This document shows, piece by piece, positions 49,169 to 59,209 of a DNA stretch of 64,000 nt (its first letter is position 1; the number at the start of each line of letters is the position of its first letter). This DNA is from Candidatus Campbellbacteria bacterium (GTDB lineage Bacteria > Patescibacteriota > Minisyncoccia > Phycocordibacterales > CSBR16-193), in assembly GCA_007125155.1 (NCBI GenBank), contig SLDR01000010.1, positions 24,490 through 88,489 of the forward strand, given 5' to 3'. A model generated the notes under the pieces. The model saw only the letters and a program-made list of their open reading frames with translations, searched no databases and was not told where the DNA came from. The position numbers and the translations under genes are program-made.

Positions 49169-51256
49169 ATGTACTCGAAAATAAAAAAAAGGAACGGAGG
49201 CACAGTGAGCTTCGATGATGAAAAGATAGTCCGGGCGATAGCAAAAGCCGGCGAAGCAACCGGTGAATTCGATCTGAAAGAGGCGCGTAAGTTAACAAAA
49301 AAGGTTCTTGAGGCTTCAAAAAACAGCATCAAGAATAAGATCCCCAAAGTTGAAGAGATCCAAGACGTTGTTGAAGATGTTCTTCTTAATTCAAAGTACA
49401 AAAAGACGGCCAAGGCATACATCCTATACAGAGACCAACATAGACTGCTGAGGGATATGACCAACTCCGTCAACAACGGTTTGGTCGACAATTATCTTGT
49501 AAGATCAGATTGGAAGGTCAAGGAGAACAGTAATATGGCCTACTCTCTCCAGGGTCTGAATAACTATATATCAAGTGAGGTAAGCAAGAATTATTGGTTA
49601 AGCAGGATATATCCTGAGAATGTAAGAGATGCACACAATGAAGGAGATTTTCATATCCATGATCTCAGTATTCTTTCCGTCTATTGTGTGGGATGGGACC
49701 TTTTAGCGCTTTTAATGAACGGTTTCACCGGAGTCGAAGGCAAAGTGTCCAGTAAACCGCCGAAACACTTCAGAGCCGCTTTGGGACAGGTGACCAATTT
49801 CTTCTATACACTTCAAGGCGAGGCGGCCGGAGCCCAGGCTTTCAGCAACTTCGACACATTGCTCGCCCCTTTCATAAGATACGATGAGTTAAACTACAAA
49901 GAGGTGAAACAGGCCCTTCAAGAGTTCATTTTCAATGTTAACATTCCGACACGAGTCGGATTTCAAACCCCGTTCACCAACGTGACGTTGGATCTTTCGG
50001 TTCCCGATTATTATGCCGAACAATCGGTCATTATCGGCGGTAAACCCAAAAGGGAAAAATACAAGGATTTTCAGGAAGAAATGAATATCTTCAATAAGGC
50101 CCTATTGGAGGTAATGTCCGAAGGAGACGCCAGCGGAAGGGTCTTCACATTCCCGATCCCGACATACAACATCACAAGCGACTTCGACTGGAATAGTGAT
50201 ATTAGTCGGCTACTTTGGAAAGTGACCGCCAAATACGGGCTTCCATATTTCTCGAATTTTATAAATTCAGATATGAAACCGGAGGATGCGCGATCCATGT
50301 GCTGCCGTTTGCGGATAGACAATAGAGAACTTGAAACGAGAGGTGGAGGTCTGTTCGGAGCCAATCCGCTTACAGGTTCGATCGGGGTCGTAACAATTAA
50401 TCTTCCACGACTGGGATATATCTCGAAGAACAAAGAAGAATTCTTTGATAATCTGAAGAACTTGATGTACTTGGCAAAGGACAGCTTGGAGATAAAAAGA
50501 AAGATCTTGGAAAGGTTCACAGAGAATGATCTTTATCCCTATACCAAATTCTATCTTAAAGGGATCAAAGACCAGTACGGCAGTTATTGGAAGAACCACT
50601 TCTCCACTATCGGTATAGCGGGAATGAATGAGGCCGTCCAAAACCTTTACGGGAAGAACATCGCCACTCCGGAAGGTCAGGAGTTCTCAAAAGAGGTTCT
50701 TGAACTAATGAGAGAGGAAATGGTGAAATTCCGAGATGAGACCGGAAACAACTACAATTTGGAAGCAACACCGGCGGAAGGTACCCTTTTCAGACTTGCG
50801 ATCCTCGACCAGAAAAAACATCGAGATCCCATCTTTGCCAACGGAAGAGGAAAGAATGTGAAAAGCCCTTTCTATACAAATTCCACCCATCTACCGGTCA
50901 ATTATACGGATGACGTATTCGAAATGCTTGATCTTCAGGATGATCTTCAAACGAAGTACACCGGAGGAACGGTGGCTCATTTGTTCTTCGGCGAAAAGAT
51001 AGAAGATGGGAATTCAGTCAAAAATTTGGTCAAAAAGATCTGCGAAAATTACAGAATGCCATACTTCACGATAAGCCCTACATTCAGCGTATGTCCCGAC
51101 CATGGATACATTCCCGGAGAGGTTCCCGTCTGTGACAAATGTAAAGGCAAATGCGAGGTCTATTCGAGGATCGTGGGTTACTTGCGACCTGTAAATCAAT
51201 GGAATGACGGAAAGAGATCCGAGTTCGTAATTCGAAAGACATATAAAAATCAATAA
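49169..51256 (+). CDS. nrdD: Anaerobic ribonucleoside-triphosphate reductase (class III)
   Basis: N-terminal ATP-cone (KIKKRNGGTVSFDDEKI) and a C-terminal Zn ribbon CPDHGY...CDKCKGKCEVYSRIVGYL with the glycyl-radical RxxGY motif. Confidence 0.95.
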   Translation: MYSKIKKRNGGTVSFDDEKIVRAIAKAGEATGEFDLKEARKLTKKVLEASKNSIKNKIPKVEEIQDVVEDVLLNSKYKKTAKAYILYRDQHRLLRDMTNSVNNGLVDNYLVRSDWKVKENSNMAYSLQGLNNYISSEVSKNYWLSRIYPENVRDAHNEGDFHIHDLSILSVYCVGWDLLALLMNGFTGVEGKVSSKPPKHFRAALGQVTNFFYTLQGEAAGAQAFSNFDTLLAPFIRYDELNYKEVKQALQEFIFNVNIPTRVGFQTPFTNVTLDLSVPDYYAEQSVIIGGKPKREKYKDFQEEMNIFNKALLEVMSEGDASGRVFTFPIPTYNITSDFDWNSDISRLLWKVTAKYGLPYFSNFINSDMKPEDARSMCCRLRIDNRELETRGGGLFGANPLTGSIGVVTINLPRLGYISKNKEEFFDNLKNLMYLAKDSLEIKRKILERFTENDLYPYTKFYLKGIKDQYGSYWKNHFSTIGIAGMNEAVQNLYGKNIATPEGQEFSKEVLELMREEMVKFRDETGNNYNLEATPAEGTLFRLAILDQKKHRDPIFANGRGKNVKSPFYTNSTHLPVNYTDDVFEMLDLQDDLQTKYTGGTVAHLFFGEKIEDGNSVKNLVKKICENYRMPYFTISPTFSVCPDHGYIPGEVPVCDKCKGKCEVYSRIVGYLRPVNQWNDGKRSEFVIRKTYKNQ

Positions 51257-51259
51257 ATA

Positions 51260-51952
51260 TTGATGATAATAGGCGGATTCCAAAGGTTCTCGTTAATTGA
51301 TTACCCCGGGAAAACTTGTGCCGTGATATTTACCCGAGGATGTGGATTTCGTTGCAAATATTGCCACAATCCGGAACTTGTAATACCGGAAAAATATTCA
51401 GCAAAGATCGGACTCGAATCGATAATGACTTTTCTGGAAGGCCGTCGCAATAAGCTTGATGCGGTGACCATCTCCGGGGGAGAGCCGACCGACCAAATAG
51501 ATATCGAACCGGTGATCGGTGATCTTAAAAGAATGGAGTTTTTGATCAAACTCGACACCAACGGTACGCGTCCCGAAGTGCTGAAGAGTTTGATAGAGAT
51601 GGAAATGATCGATTACGTCGCAATGGATGTAAAGGGGCCTTTCGAAAAGTACGAGGACATAACCGGATGTTACGTGGATACGGAAAAGATAAAGGAAAGT
51701 ATCGATATCGTGCTGAATTCGGGTGTAGATCACGAATTCAGAACAACCGTGGCATCCGAGATCCTTAGTGAAGAAGACCTCCTGAAGATAGCCATGATGA
51801 TCACCGGAGCAAAACGTTATTATCTTCAGACATTCACATCTTCAAAGATGATATGTACAGAACCCTCCGCACTCTCACCTCTCCCGATTAAAGATATGCA
51901 AAGTTGCGCCCGTAAAATCAGGGGGTATGTTAAGGATTGCCGGGTTAGATGA
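51260..51952 (+). CDS. nrdG: Anaerobic RNR-activating protein (radical SAM)
   Basis: CGFRCKYC radical-SAM cluster motif. Located immediately after nrdD. Confidence 0.9.
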   Translation: MMIIGGFQRFSLIDYPGKTCAVIFTRGCGFRCKYCHNPELVIPEKYSAKIGLESIMTFLEGRRNKLDAVTISGGEPTDQIDIEPVIGDLKRMEFLIKLDTNGTRPEVLKSLIEMEMIDYVAMDVKGPFEKYEDITGCYVDTEKIKESIDIVLNSGVDHEFRTTVASEILSEEDLLKIAMMITGAKRYYLQTFTSSKMICTEPSALSPLPIKDMQSCARKIRGYVKDCRVR

Positions 51953-51987
51953 ATTACGGTCGGAGATATCGATCGAAAGAATACGAC

Positions 51988-52365
51988 CTATCTGTCAGAC
52001 CACAGACCATGTACGTTGCAATACTCTCTCGCAGTAACACTCTCACCTTTGATACTGAACTCGGCTTCCGGTGCATCGCCCGGTTTTAGGAACTTTCGGC
52101 AGTATTTTCCGTCCACTATGACCTCTATCCACTCTATGTAATGCTCCTCTGTCATGGGATGGGGGTCGGAGCCGACCTTTACCTTGACCCCATTCTCCGT
52201 CGTCTCTATGACCGGAACATGTTTTTCCAGTCCTTCATCTTTGGTCTTCTCTTCCTTCAATTCCATTGGTTGACCGCAACATACGAGTTCTCCGAAACCT
52301 GTATGCAGAAGCTCGACAATGTTGCCGCACACGTTACATTTATATATCTGTTTAAGTTTTGTCAT
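51988..52365 (-). CDS. dfx: Superoxide reductase (desulfoferrodoxin, 2Fe-SOR)
   Basis: N-terminal desulforedoxin CxxCGN...CCG and a neelaredoxin-like centre with [14 protein letters not shown] and YCNVHGLW ligands. Confidence 0.9.
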   Translation of the reverse strand: MTKLKQIYKCNVCGNIVELLHTGFGELVCCGQPMELKEEKTKDEGLEKHVPVIETTENGVKVKVGSDPHPMTEEHYIEWIEVIVDGKYCRKFLKPGDAPEAEFSIKGESVTAREYCNVHGLWSDR

Positions 52366-52475
52366 ATTTAATTTTTAATAAATTAATAAAGATCTTTCAC
52401 CTGTGATGGAATCCCGATGTTCCCATTCTTCCGTTAGATTTGTTTACCTTGAGCTGACGCCTCCCGCCGATCTCG

Positions 52476-52676
52476 TCACCCGCAAGCTCTCCGGTCTTGA
52501 TTGAACTTTTCGATCGAACGTTCATAAGTCGCCTCGGCTTGAGGTGAAAAGTAGCAGGCGGGCAACTCGCCCCTTCCCTTGTGATACTCCAGACATTTGC
52601 AACATATCCCCTTTCTTGGGCAACCTGAGTATGTGCAGTTGCATTTTTCTATGTTCTCCTCTCTTTTGCACTCCAT
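52476..52676 (-). CDS. Small cysteine-rich protein (66 aa)
   Basis: MECKREENIEKCNCTYSGCPRKGICCKCLEYHKGRGELPACYFSP has eight Cys in 45 aa. Start placed at the internal ATG 52676; the longer track ORF is low-complexity upstream. Confidence 0.45.
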   Translation of the reverse strand: MECKREENIEKCNCTYSGCPRKGICCKCLEYHKGRGELPACYFSPQAEATYERSIEKFNQDRRACG

Positions 52677-52785
52677 TGTGATAATTTTAACACACTTTAA
52701 CGGACCAAATCCAAGTATTGACCCGGAAGACGATATGTGCAATAAATTAAATACAAGACTGAACCTTAAAAAAAGGAGTAGTACA

Positions 52786-53100
52786 ATGGAACAGAGATCC
52801 ATCCTTTTCTGGATAGAACCCGTTGAGGCGACCGAAGAGATCGACCCCGAACACTGTGACGAATGTGGTGAGATATGTGTAGGTACCGGCCATCTGAAAA
52901 TATGTGCACTGGTTGAGGGAGATGATCCCGATAACTGCATCTATTATCAAATATGTAGAACATGCAAAAGCTCATTTCTGAGTGAAGGTGGGGCTCAAAG
53001 TCATCATCCATCGGAGGAGAGATTCGTTGAAGCGGAGATATTTGCCGATTCCGGAATATTAGGTATTTTCGCAGAGAATCGATCCAAATACTTCAACTGA
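52786..53100 (+). CDS. Small Cys-rich, zinc-ribbon-like protein (104 aa)
   Basis: AAAGGAG RBS before ATG 52786. CDECGEICVGTGHLKIC and CRTC motifs. Terminator at 53122..53150. Confidence 0.5.
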   Translation: MEQRSILFWIEPVEATEEIDPEHCDECGEICVGTGHLKICALVEGDDPDNCIYYQICRTCKSSFLSEGGAQSHHPSEERFVEAEIFADSGILGIFAENRSKYFN

Positions 53101-53121
53101 AACTGATCTTTTTTACTATTG

Positions 53122-53150
53122 AAGAGCCGGCCGAGTCGGCTCTTTTTTAT
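53122..53150 (+). terminator. Rho-independent terminator
   Basis: GAGCCG/CGGCTC stem followed by TTTTTT. Confidence 0.6.
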
Positions 53151-53214
53151 AGGCATAATGGTGTTGACCGAGTAAGGTTGAAAATGAAACAATATAATAT
53201 TACTAACATTCCAT

Positions 53215-53535
53215 ATGGGAAACAAAAGAACATTTGCGGGAGGAAAGTTCACCCGACGCCACACATCCGCCATACCGGCGTCGGTCGGTCTTTTGAAGAT
53301 GCTCCATGATAGGTCGGAAGTTAAAAAGATATCCCTGGGTATCATAAAGGCCGGCAAACCGTCCGGCGGAAAGATGCATGTAAAACTCAAACTACGCTGT
53401 GGAGGTTTTTTAATGACCGTAAGGGGAAACAACAGCATTCAGGAGATGGGAGTTTACACAGATGATGCAAAAAAGACATTGGAAGCGATAAGTAATGAAA
53501 CATTGAAACAAGGAATGGATGTTCATATAGACTAA
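53215..53535 (+). CDS. Hypothetical protein (106 aa)
   Basis: ORF followed by the hairpin at 53552..53573. No clear RBS. Confidence 0.35.
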   Translation: MGNKRTFAGGKFTRRHTSAIPASVGLLKMLHDRSEVKKISLGIIKAGKPSGGKMHVKLKLRCGGFLMTVRGNNSIQEMGVYTDDAKKTLEAISNETLKQGMDVHID

Positions 53536-53551
53536 TTCTTATGAAAAATAT

Positions 53552-53573
53552 CCCGGCAGTTCCACTGCCGGGG
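53552..53573. terminator. Bidirectional hairpin terminator
   Basis: CCCGGCAGT/ACTGCCGGG stem between convergent genes. The T-tract is clearer on the minus strand. Confidence 0.5.
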
Positions 53574-53605
53574 TTATTATTTAAAAAAATAAGGAGATCT
53601 CGGAC

Positions 53606-54409
53606 TTAAAGACAGACTTCCGTCCCGACCTTATTGCCCTCAATGAAATCGATTATCACTCGATCGTTCATCCCGGCTATGGCGACTTTTTTTACTCCTC
53701 CTTCAAGACACATGATGGCCTCTCTTCTTTTGACCTTCATTCCGCCGGTTCCTTCTCTTGAGCATCCGGTCACGTCGGGTTTTAGGAGGCCGTTTATCTT
53801 TTTCAAGATCTTGGCATTTGAATTTTTTAGCGGATCACTGTCATATATGCCCCCAACCTCGGTTATAAAGAGAACACCGTCTGCGTCTATAAGTATGGCT
53901 ATCATTCTTGCAAGCTGATCGTTCTCGCTTATTCCTTTCTCCATCATTTTTATCTCCTCGTCGGATACTCTGTCGTTCTCGTTGATGACCGGCACAAAAG
54001 GCGTTCCGAAGCAATCAATAATTCCCTTTCGGATATTTTCTCTTTCATTACCATCGGTCCAATTTGCGAAAGTCACCAATGTTTCGCACACTTCCATACC
54101 GAATTTATTAAGGGAATCTCCCCAACTGTTCATAAGGTGTCTGCTACCGATTCCGGCAATGTCTTTTTTATTGAACTTCCGTGAGAATGAATGATCGAGA
54201 CCAAGTCGAGTGATCGTTTCCCTACCCGCTTGAATGGCACCCGAGGATACTATGGCTATGCCTACCCCGGCACTGCTGGCTTCGGCGACCTGTTTGGCGA
54301 CAGATTGGAATATATCAGGGTCCAGTTTGCCACTCTTTGACATTAATGTTCGTGTACCGAATTTTACGACAAATTTTTTCATATATTCTCCTCCTTCTTC
54401 ATCATACAC
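53606..54409 (-). CDS. proB: Glutamate 5-kinase (amino-acid kinase family, no PUA domain)
   Basis: VVKFGTRTL, IAIVSSGAIQAGRE, PVINENDRV and GTGGMKVK match ProB blocks. At 267 aa it has the kinase domain only. Confidence 0.7.
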   Translation of the reverse strand: MYDEEGGEYMKKFVVKFGTRTLMSKSGKLDPDIFQSVAKQVAEASSAGVGIAIVSSGAIQAGRETITRLGLDHSFSRKFNKKDIAGIGSRHLMNSWGDSLNKFGMEVCETLVTFANWTDGNERENIRKGIIDCFGTPFVPVINENDRVSDEEIKMMEKGISENDQLARMIAILIDADGVLFITEVGGIYDSDPLKNSNAKILKKINGLLKPDVTGCSREGTGGMKVKRREAIMCLEGGVKKVAIAGMNDRVIIDFIEGNKVGTEVCL

Positions 54410-54427
54410 TCCTGAAGCTTCAAGGGT

Positions 54428-55207
54428 TTATATATATTCTTTCAAAAATATAGATTCGTTCCCCTTAAAAGGTATCGACTTGGATCCTCTCTTACACAAA
54501 GGGCAGGTCTTCGAGCTCCATTTTTTTATTTCCAACTCTATCAAAGCTGTCAATTTCATGCCGTTATGCTCCTCGAACGGCAGTTTGGAGGGACAATGCA
54601 CCAGAGCTCCTACAAAAGGCAACCATTTTGCTCTGAAGGGGTTATCTCGTTTTACCGTGCGTCTCGCAAGGTTTAAATTTCGGCCGTTACCGACGACGCC
54701 TTCTATCTGCAATACAGTTTCTCCGGACCCTATGACCCACCTGTCCCATTTCATACCGGTATCGCTTTCACGGTCCTTTTCCGTAAAGCCGACCCTGGCG
54801 TTTATGAGCCGCGCCAGATCACCGGCAAACATTATTTCCTTTTCGGAAGAACAGATAACCCAGTCCACTTTTGTGTGCAGATAAATAAAGAGATCCTCCA
54901 GGCAAAACAGAAGCTGGCAGGCCAAGAACTCAGATATCAAAGGCCTGTTAAGGACTTTAAGACAATCTACGTAACCGTCACTGCAACACACTTCCCCGCC
55001 AAGATCGACGTGAGGTTTATTCGGATCGCCGTCATGGGACCAGATCGCATGGTTTTCCTTGAAAAGATCCATGAAACTCGACATTTCGATCTTTGAGTCT
55101 TTGGTAAAGAAACTCCTGCAATTGACACTGTACCTCCTGACATAGCTCTCAACGATCTCCGTAAAACTTGATGTGCTCATTTTAGATACTCCTTGTTTTT
55201 TGTTCAA
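54428..55207 (-). CDS. Phosphoribosyltransferase-like protein (type I PRTase fold, divergent)
   Basis: VLQIEGVVGNGRNL resembles the PRPP-binding loop (hydrophobic-x4-D/E-D-x-x-x-T-G-G-T) but is degenerate. Confidence 0.4.
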   Translation of the reverse strand: MNKKQGVSKMSTSSFTEIVESYVRRYSVNCRSFFTKDSKIEMSSFMDLFKENHAIWSHDGDPNKPHVDLGGEVCCSDGYVDCLKVLNRPLISEFLACQLLFCLEDLFIYLHTKVDWVICSSEKEIMFAGDLARLINARVGFTEKDRESDTGMKWDRWVIGSGETVLQIEGVVGNGRNLNLARRTVKRDNPFRAKWLPFVGALVHCPSKLPFEEHNGMKLTALIELEIKKWSSKTCPLCKRGSKSIPFKGNESIFLKEYI

Positions 55208-55331
55208 AGAACTTTCAGTGGGACCTTATATGTATTCTAGCCGGAAGTGTATACCAAAAAAAAATTCGGGTCAAAACCCGCTCTTTTGTCCGGAGAATGA
55301 TCGGCTTAAGTTTGTGCTCTCTTTATCTGGA

Positions 55332-56099
55332 TCATTCAAGCCCTTTGGCCTCTAAGTCTTCGAATATATCGATTCTAACTGACGGAGATAAAGCCAAGGC
55401 TTTAATAGAACCTTCCGCCTCTTCGATGGTGTGAGGTACTTCTTCATTTTCGATGTTTCTTAAAACCTCTTTCATTTGTTCGACCTTAAGTGTTCCCAGC
55501 TTCAAGGTCCTGTCGGATATGAACCAATATTGCAGCTCAGGCTCAAGTCGGTCCACTCTGCCATTTACCCTCTCAAGAGACTCACAAAGAAGTTTCATCG
55601 AGACTTGATTGGTGAAATTTATCCGCTCCGACATCGACATCTCGTCAATGAGCTCCTCGGAGAATATGACTTGCATTGAATCAAGCTTTCTTTTCCTCCT
55701 TATTATGCCAAATGTAGGGCCTAGTATCGCGATCCCGACTATACCGATAACCGCATCCTTCGGTTCCTCTTGTCTTCCAGACCAAGTCCTTAAGACCTTA
55801 CGGGTCTCATCCTCGGGATAATGAAAGGCGAGTTCTCTTAACAGCCAGACCGCTCTCTCCCGCGCCATCTCCCTGCTTGCGGGCAACAGAGGATGATGAT
55901 ACGGATCTTCCGTGCTTGTCTTTACAGAGCATTCGGCTACCGCAGTTCCGGGTAGGTAAATGTCGATATAATATCTGAAAAAAGAGGAAAATTTATCATC
56001 GATCTTGCTATAAGCCATAAGCGCTTCGCCATTCATTTTCAAATGGCCGGAACCGGCGACAGCGGGCGCTTTTTTTTTGTTATGCAAGTGTTTTTTCAT
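55332..56099 (-). CDS. Hypothetical protein (255 aa)
   Basis: ORF only. Confidence 0.45.
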   Translation of the reverse strand: MKKHLHNKKKAPAVAGSGHLKMNGEALMAYSKIDDKFSSFFRYYIDIYLPGTAVAECSVKTSTEDPYHHPLLPASREMARERAVWLLRELAFHYPEDETRKVLRTWSGRQEEPKDAVIGIVGIAILGPTFGIIRRKRKLDSMQVIFSEELIDEMSMSERINFTNQVSMKLLCESLERVNGRVDRLEPELQYWFISDRTLKLGTLKVEQMKEVLRNIENEEVPHTIEEAEGSIKALALSPSVRIDIFEDLEAKGLE

Positions 56100-56263
56100 G
56101 ATAAAAGGTCCATATTCAAACGCAGTATATCACTTTTGGACTTCGATGCAAAAATTTCAGATTTACCAAGTTTCAAGCGCAATAATAATACTTGAAGAAT
56201 CCACTGACCATAAAAAAAGAGACGGTCAAACGCCCGCCTCTTTACTCAGGTGGAAGCGATCCT

Positions 56264-56533
56264 TTAGCCTGATATCACAAGCTTTCTTGAAAGCATTTTA
56301 TCAGGCGTGATCAATCTCAAATACTCACCCTCAAGGGTTATTCGTGTCATTCTGAAAAGAATATCGGAAGACTTCGCTAATGTGACCGTTTTTCCGCATC
56401 CGGAGCATCTCATCGAGAACACTTTATTTTCGGATCTTATCGTTATCTCACCCTCGCACTCTTGATGGAAGGCCTTCAGGTCTTCGAATCTGGGTTTAGA
56501 TATACCTTCTCCATTCAATATTATTGTGAACAT
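56264..56533 (-). CDS. Hypothetical small protein (89 aa) with CSGCG motif
   Basis: AAAGGAGGTGG RBS precedes the ATG. No recognisable family. Confidence 0.5.
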   Translation of the reverse strand: MFTIILNGEGISKPRFEDLKAFHQECEGEITIRSENKVFSMRCSGCGKTVTLAKSSDILFRMTRITLEGEYLRLITPDKMLSRKLVISG

Positions 56534-56595
56534 ATTCCACCTCCTTTTTTTGTTTTAAAGATCCGTCTCTGACCTGCCTTAAATATTGCAACAGA

Positions 56596-57486
56596 TCAAT
56601 AAGATGTCAAAAAAGATTCTGAGGACAGATCACGCGAAACACCGAATATCATTATCATCAAGCATAGATCGTAAAGTTCTACCATCGCTTTCATAAAATC
56701 GTCATCGCCCGGAAGGCAGTCCGCCTCCAAAAAGAAATAATAGTCCCAGTCCCTCTCTTCATTAATACCGAGCGTCCTTGAATGCAGTTTTGTAAGATTT
56801 ATATCAAGGTCGGCGAAGACTGAAAGAATATCCCTAAGTATGCCGGGTCTGTCTTTAATGCTTATTATCATAAGAGTTTTACCCGGTCCGGGTATGTCCT
56901 TGAGGATGCCGTCTTCCGTATGGGCAAGTACATAAAACTCGGTGGCATTACCTTTTCTGTCTTCGATGTTCTCCGCCAGGATCTTAAGACCGTACTTTTC
57001 GGCCGTTTCCTTTTGGCCTATGTATGCGATCGATGTATCCTTTGCGAACTTCGAAATGCCGAAGGTGGAACTGTTCTGGGCCTCTCTCTCGGCGCTCGGA
57101 TAGTTCAGGTTGAGCCATTTTCTGCACTGAGTCAGGACCTGAGGATGCGACCTTATCTTTTTGATCGTGCCGGGATCATCAGTATAAGAAAGAAGGTTAT
57201 GATTGATCTTAAGTTTGCATGAACCGATGACCGTAATGGGGTACTCCAAGATGGAATCCAATGTTTCCAGTACAAGTCCGCCGACGTAGTTCTCAATTGG
57301 AACCACTCCGAATTTCGCACTCCCGGAGCAAACTTCATCGAAGACATGCTCAATGGTCGGGGTGAATATGAATTCCGAAGAGTCAGTGAACATCTTCTCC
57401 GCAACCGTATGAGAGAATGTTCCTTTCGGGCCCAATACCGCCACGATATTCCGATCTTTGAGTTTGTTGCCCATTTTAGAGATCAT
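56596..57486 (-). CDS. pheA: Prephenate dehydratase
   Basis: PDT domain (VAVLGPKGTFSH, TEFYVL) plus a C-terminal ACT domain. Confidence 0.8.
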   Translation of the reverse strand: MISKMGNKLKDRNIVAVLGPKGTFSHTVAEKMFTDSSEFIFTPTIEHVFDEVCSGSAKFGVVPIENYVGGLVLETLDSILEYPITVIGSCKLKINHNLLSYTDDPGTIKKIRSHPQVLTQCRKWLNLNYPSAEREAQNSSTFGISKFAKDTSIAYIGQKETAEKYGLKILAENIEDRKGNATEFYVLAHTEDGILKDIPGPGKTLMIISIKDRPGILRDILSVFADLDINLTKLHSRTLGINEERDWDYYFFLEADCLPGDDDFMKAMVELYDLCLMIMIFGVSRDLSSESFLTSY

Positions 57487-58382
57487 TTCACGAAATCGAG
57501 CCAGTGTTTGTAAGCCGGCAGCCTTCCGGAAACGGTTGCTTTATAAGCGTCCCTCACTTTCTCGGTCTTGGGGCCCTCTCCGCCCTCTCCAAAAATATGA
57601 CCGTCTATTTTACTTATGGAATTCACCTCGGTCGCCGTCCCTACGAAGAACGCCTCATCATAACCTTCAATATCTTCAGGTTTTATGTCCGTCTCCTCCA
57701 CCTTAAAGCCCATATTATTGATAATGAAGATAATGCTATCACGGGTTATGCCCGGAAATATCTTACCCTCCCTTGGAGTATGGAAGACATCATCCTTTAT
57801 AAAAAAAATATTCTCCCCCGGTCCTTCGGCGATACATCCTTCATGATCAAGAAACAGAGCCTCGTCATAACCCGACGCCCGAGCTTCCAGAGAAGCCATT
57901 ATCGAGTTGGAGTAGTGACCCGAGACCTTGGCGCTGAGAACAGCGGAATCGGGGTGTATCCTCTTAAAAGAGGATACTCTTACCGACACAGATTCTTTCT
58001 TGAAGTATTTATCCCATTCCCAAGCTATTATTGCAAAATGTAGTGACGCATCCGTAGGTAAGAGTCCCATTTTGTCTCCATAAAAAATGATGGGTCTGAT
58101 GTAGCATTCCTTGAGTTCATTATGTTTTACGACTTCAATAACTGCAGAAATTATATCCTCTCTTGAATAAGGTATATCCATCCCCACCACAGATGATGAG
58201 TTGAAAAGCCTGCCGATGTGATCTTTTAGCCTGAATATCGCCGGACCGTCTTCTGTCTTGTAACAGCGGATCCCTTCGAAGACGGCGGATCCGTAGTGAA
58301 GGCTGTGGCTCAAGATGGAAACCCCGGACTTCTCGTAAGGAACAATATCACCGTTCAACCAAATAAATTTTATGTCATTCAT
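57483..58382 (-). CDS. ilvE: Branched-chain amino acid aminotransferase (class IV)
   Basis: Fold-type IV PLP motifs (EGPGENIFFI, GITR). 4-nt overlap with pheA. Confidence 0.85.
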   Translation of the reverse strand: MNDIKFIWLNGDIVPYEKSGVSILSHSLHYGSAVFEGIRCYKTEDGPAIFRLKDHIGRLFNSSSVVGMDIPYSREDIISAVIEVVKHNELKECYIRPIIFYGDKMGLLPTDASLHFAIIAWEWDKYFKKESVSVRVSSFKRIHPDSAVLSAKVSGHYSNSIMASLEARASGYDEALFLDHEGCIAEGPGENIFFIKDDVFHTPREGKIFPGITRDSIIFIINNMGFKVEETDIKPEDIEGYDEAFFVGTATEVNSISKIDGHIFGEGGEGPKTEKVRDAYKATVSGRLPAYKHWLDFVK

Positions 58383-58520
58383 ATCTTATTTCGTTATGAA
58401 CTAACTGATTCATTCTATTAGGACACGGCCGTTAAGTCCATAGGGGTTTACAATGAACAAATATTGTACTATTGTTAAATACGTGACTGTCCTCTAAAAT
58501 TTAATAAGGAGGTTCTTGAA

Positions 58521-58772
58521 ATGAAAATATTGGAAGAAGCCCTCAAAATGGGAAATTACCAAATATTCGAAACCGAGGCCAAGGGGTCATGTCAGATGAA
58601 TTGCGGTAATTTGGGATCATGGGATGTATTTTTCAGTGTCAGGGTGTTTCCCGGCTGTAGTTATGGTCTGTTATCCTTTTGCCGGGGATGTCTTGTCCAT
58701 TTGATAGACAAGGCCCGTGAAGCACAAAGATTCGATTTTTATAAACCGGGTCCCAAAACCACCTTCCATTGA
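58521..58772 (+). CDS. Small Cys-rich hypothetical protein (83 aa)
   Basis: AAGGAGG RBS and its own terminator. Eight Cys residues (CQMNCGN...CSYG...CRGC). Confidence 0.5.
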   Translation: MKILEEALKMGNYQIFETEAKGSCQMNCGNLGSWDVFFSVRVFPGCSYGLLSFCRGCLVHLIDKAREAQRFDFYKPGPKTTFH

Positions 58773-58790
58773 TCCGGAGTTCCTTTTTAA

Positions 58791-58822
58791 AACCGACGTT
58801 TCTGTAAACGTCGGTTTTTTGA
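58791..58822 (+). terminator. Rho-independent terminator
   Basis: AACCGACGTT/AACGTCGGTT 10-bp stem with TCTGTA loop, followed by TTTTTT. Confidence 0.7.
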
Positions 58823-58861
58823 TCTTATGCCAACGAGAGCACCCGTATAGGCACCGGCCCC

Positions 58862-59110
58862 CTACTCCTGCATCAATCTTTGTATCTCGCCTTGATATTT
58901 ACGCATGACCTCCATAGTGGCCGCCATCTCACTTTTGCCTTCTTTGGTCTTTTGCTTTACCTCTTTTCCGATCTTTTCAAAAAGCTCGGGATTCTTCTCA
59001 ACAAGTTTGATTATCATCTCCTGCTGTTCCTCAGGTACGCCCTTCATCTTGGCCTTCATGTATTTTTTCAAAAAGAAATTCTTTATTCCCATGTTTTTTT
59101 GTTTGATCAA
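58862..59110 (-). CDS. Hypothetical small helical protein (82 aa)
   Basis: ORF only. Confidence 0.4.
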   Translation of the reverse strand: MIKQKNMGIKNFFLKKYMKAKMKGVPEEQQEMIIKLVEKNPELFEKIGKEVKQKTKEGKSEMAATMEVMRKYQGEIQRLMQE

Positions 59111-59209
59111 TAATTAAAAAACAATTATAGCACAAGACAAAAATAGAAACAGCCTTAATATAATGATACTTCATCGATATGTTAAAATGGATCAACATGA
59201 GACCTGAAT

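Noticed and set aside
48973-49218. ORF 48973..49218 (+), 81 aa
   Set aside because: Lies entirely within the riboswitch-like leader of nrdD and runs into the nrdD start. Basic and low-complexity. Judged non-coding.
52476-52940. Full 154-aa track ORF for the Cys-rich gene
   Set aside because: The N-terminal 88 residues are low-complexity Ser/Leu-rich and overlap the divergent + gene. The conserved-looking Cys-rich module begins at the internal Met (52676).
53004-53438. Minus-strand 144-aa ORF overlapping the + strand gene 53215..53535
   Set aside because: No RBS and a proline/serine-rich junk-like translation. The + strand gene is followed by a terminator, so the minus ORF was discarded.
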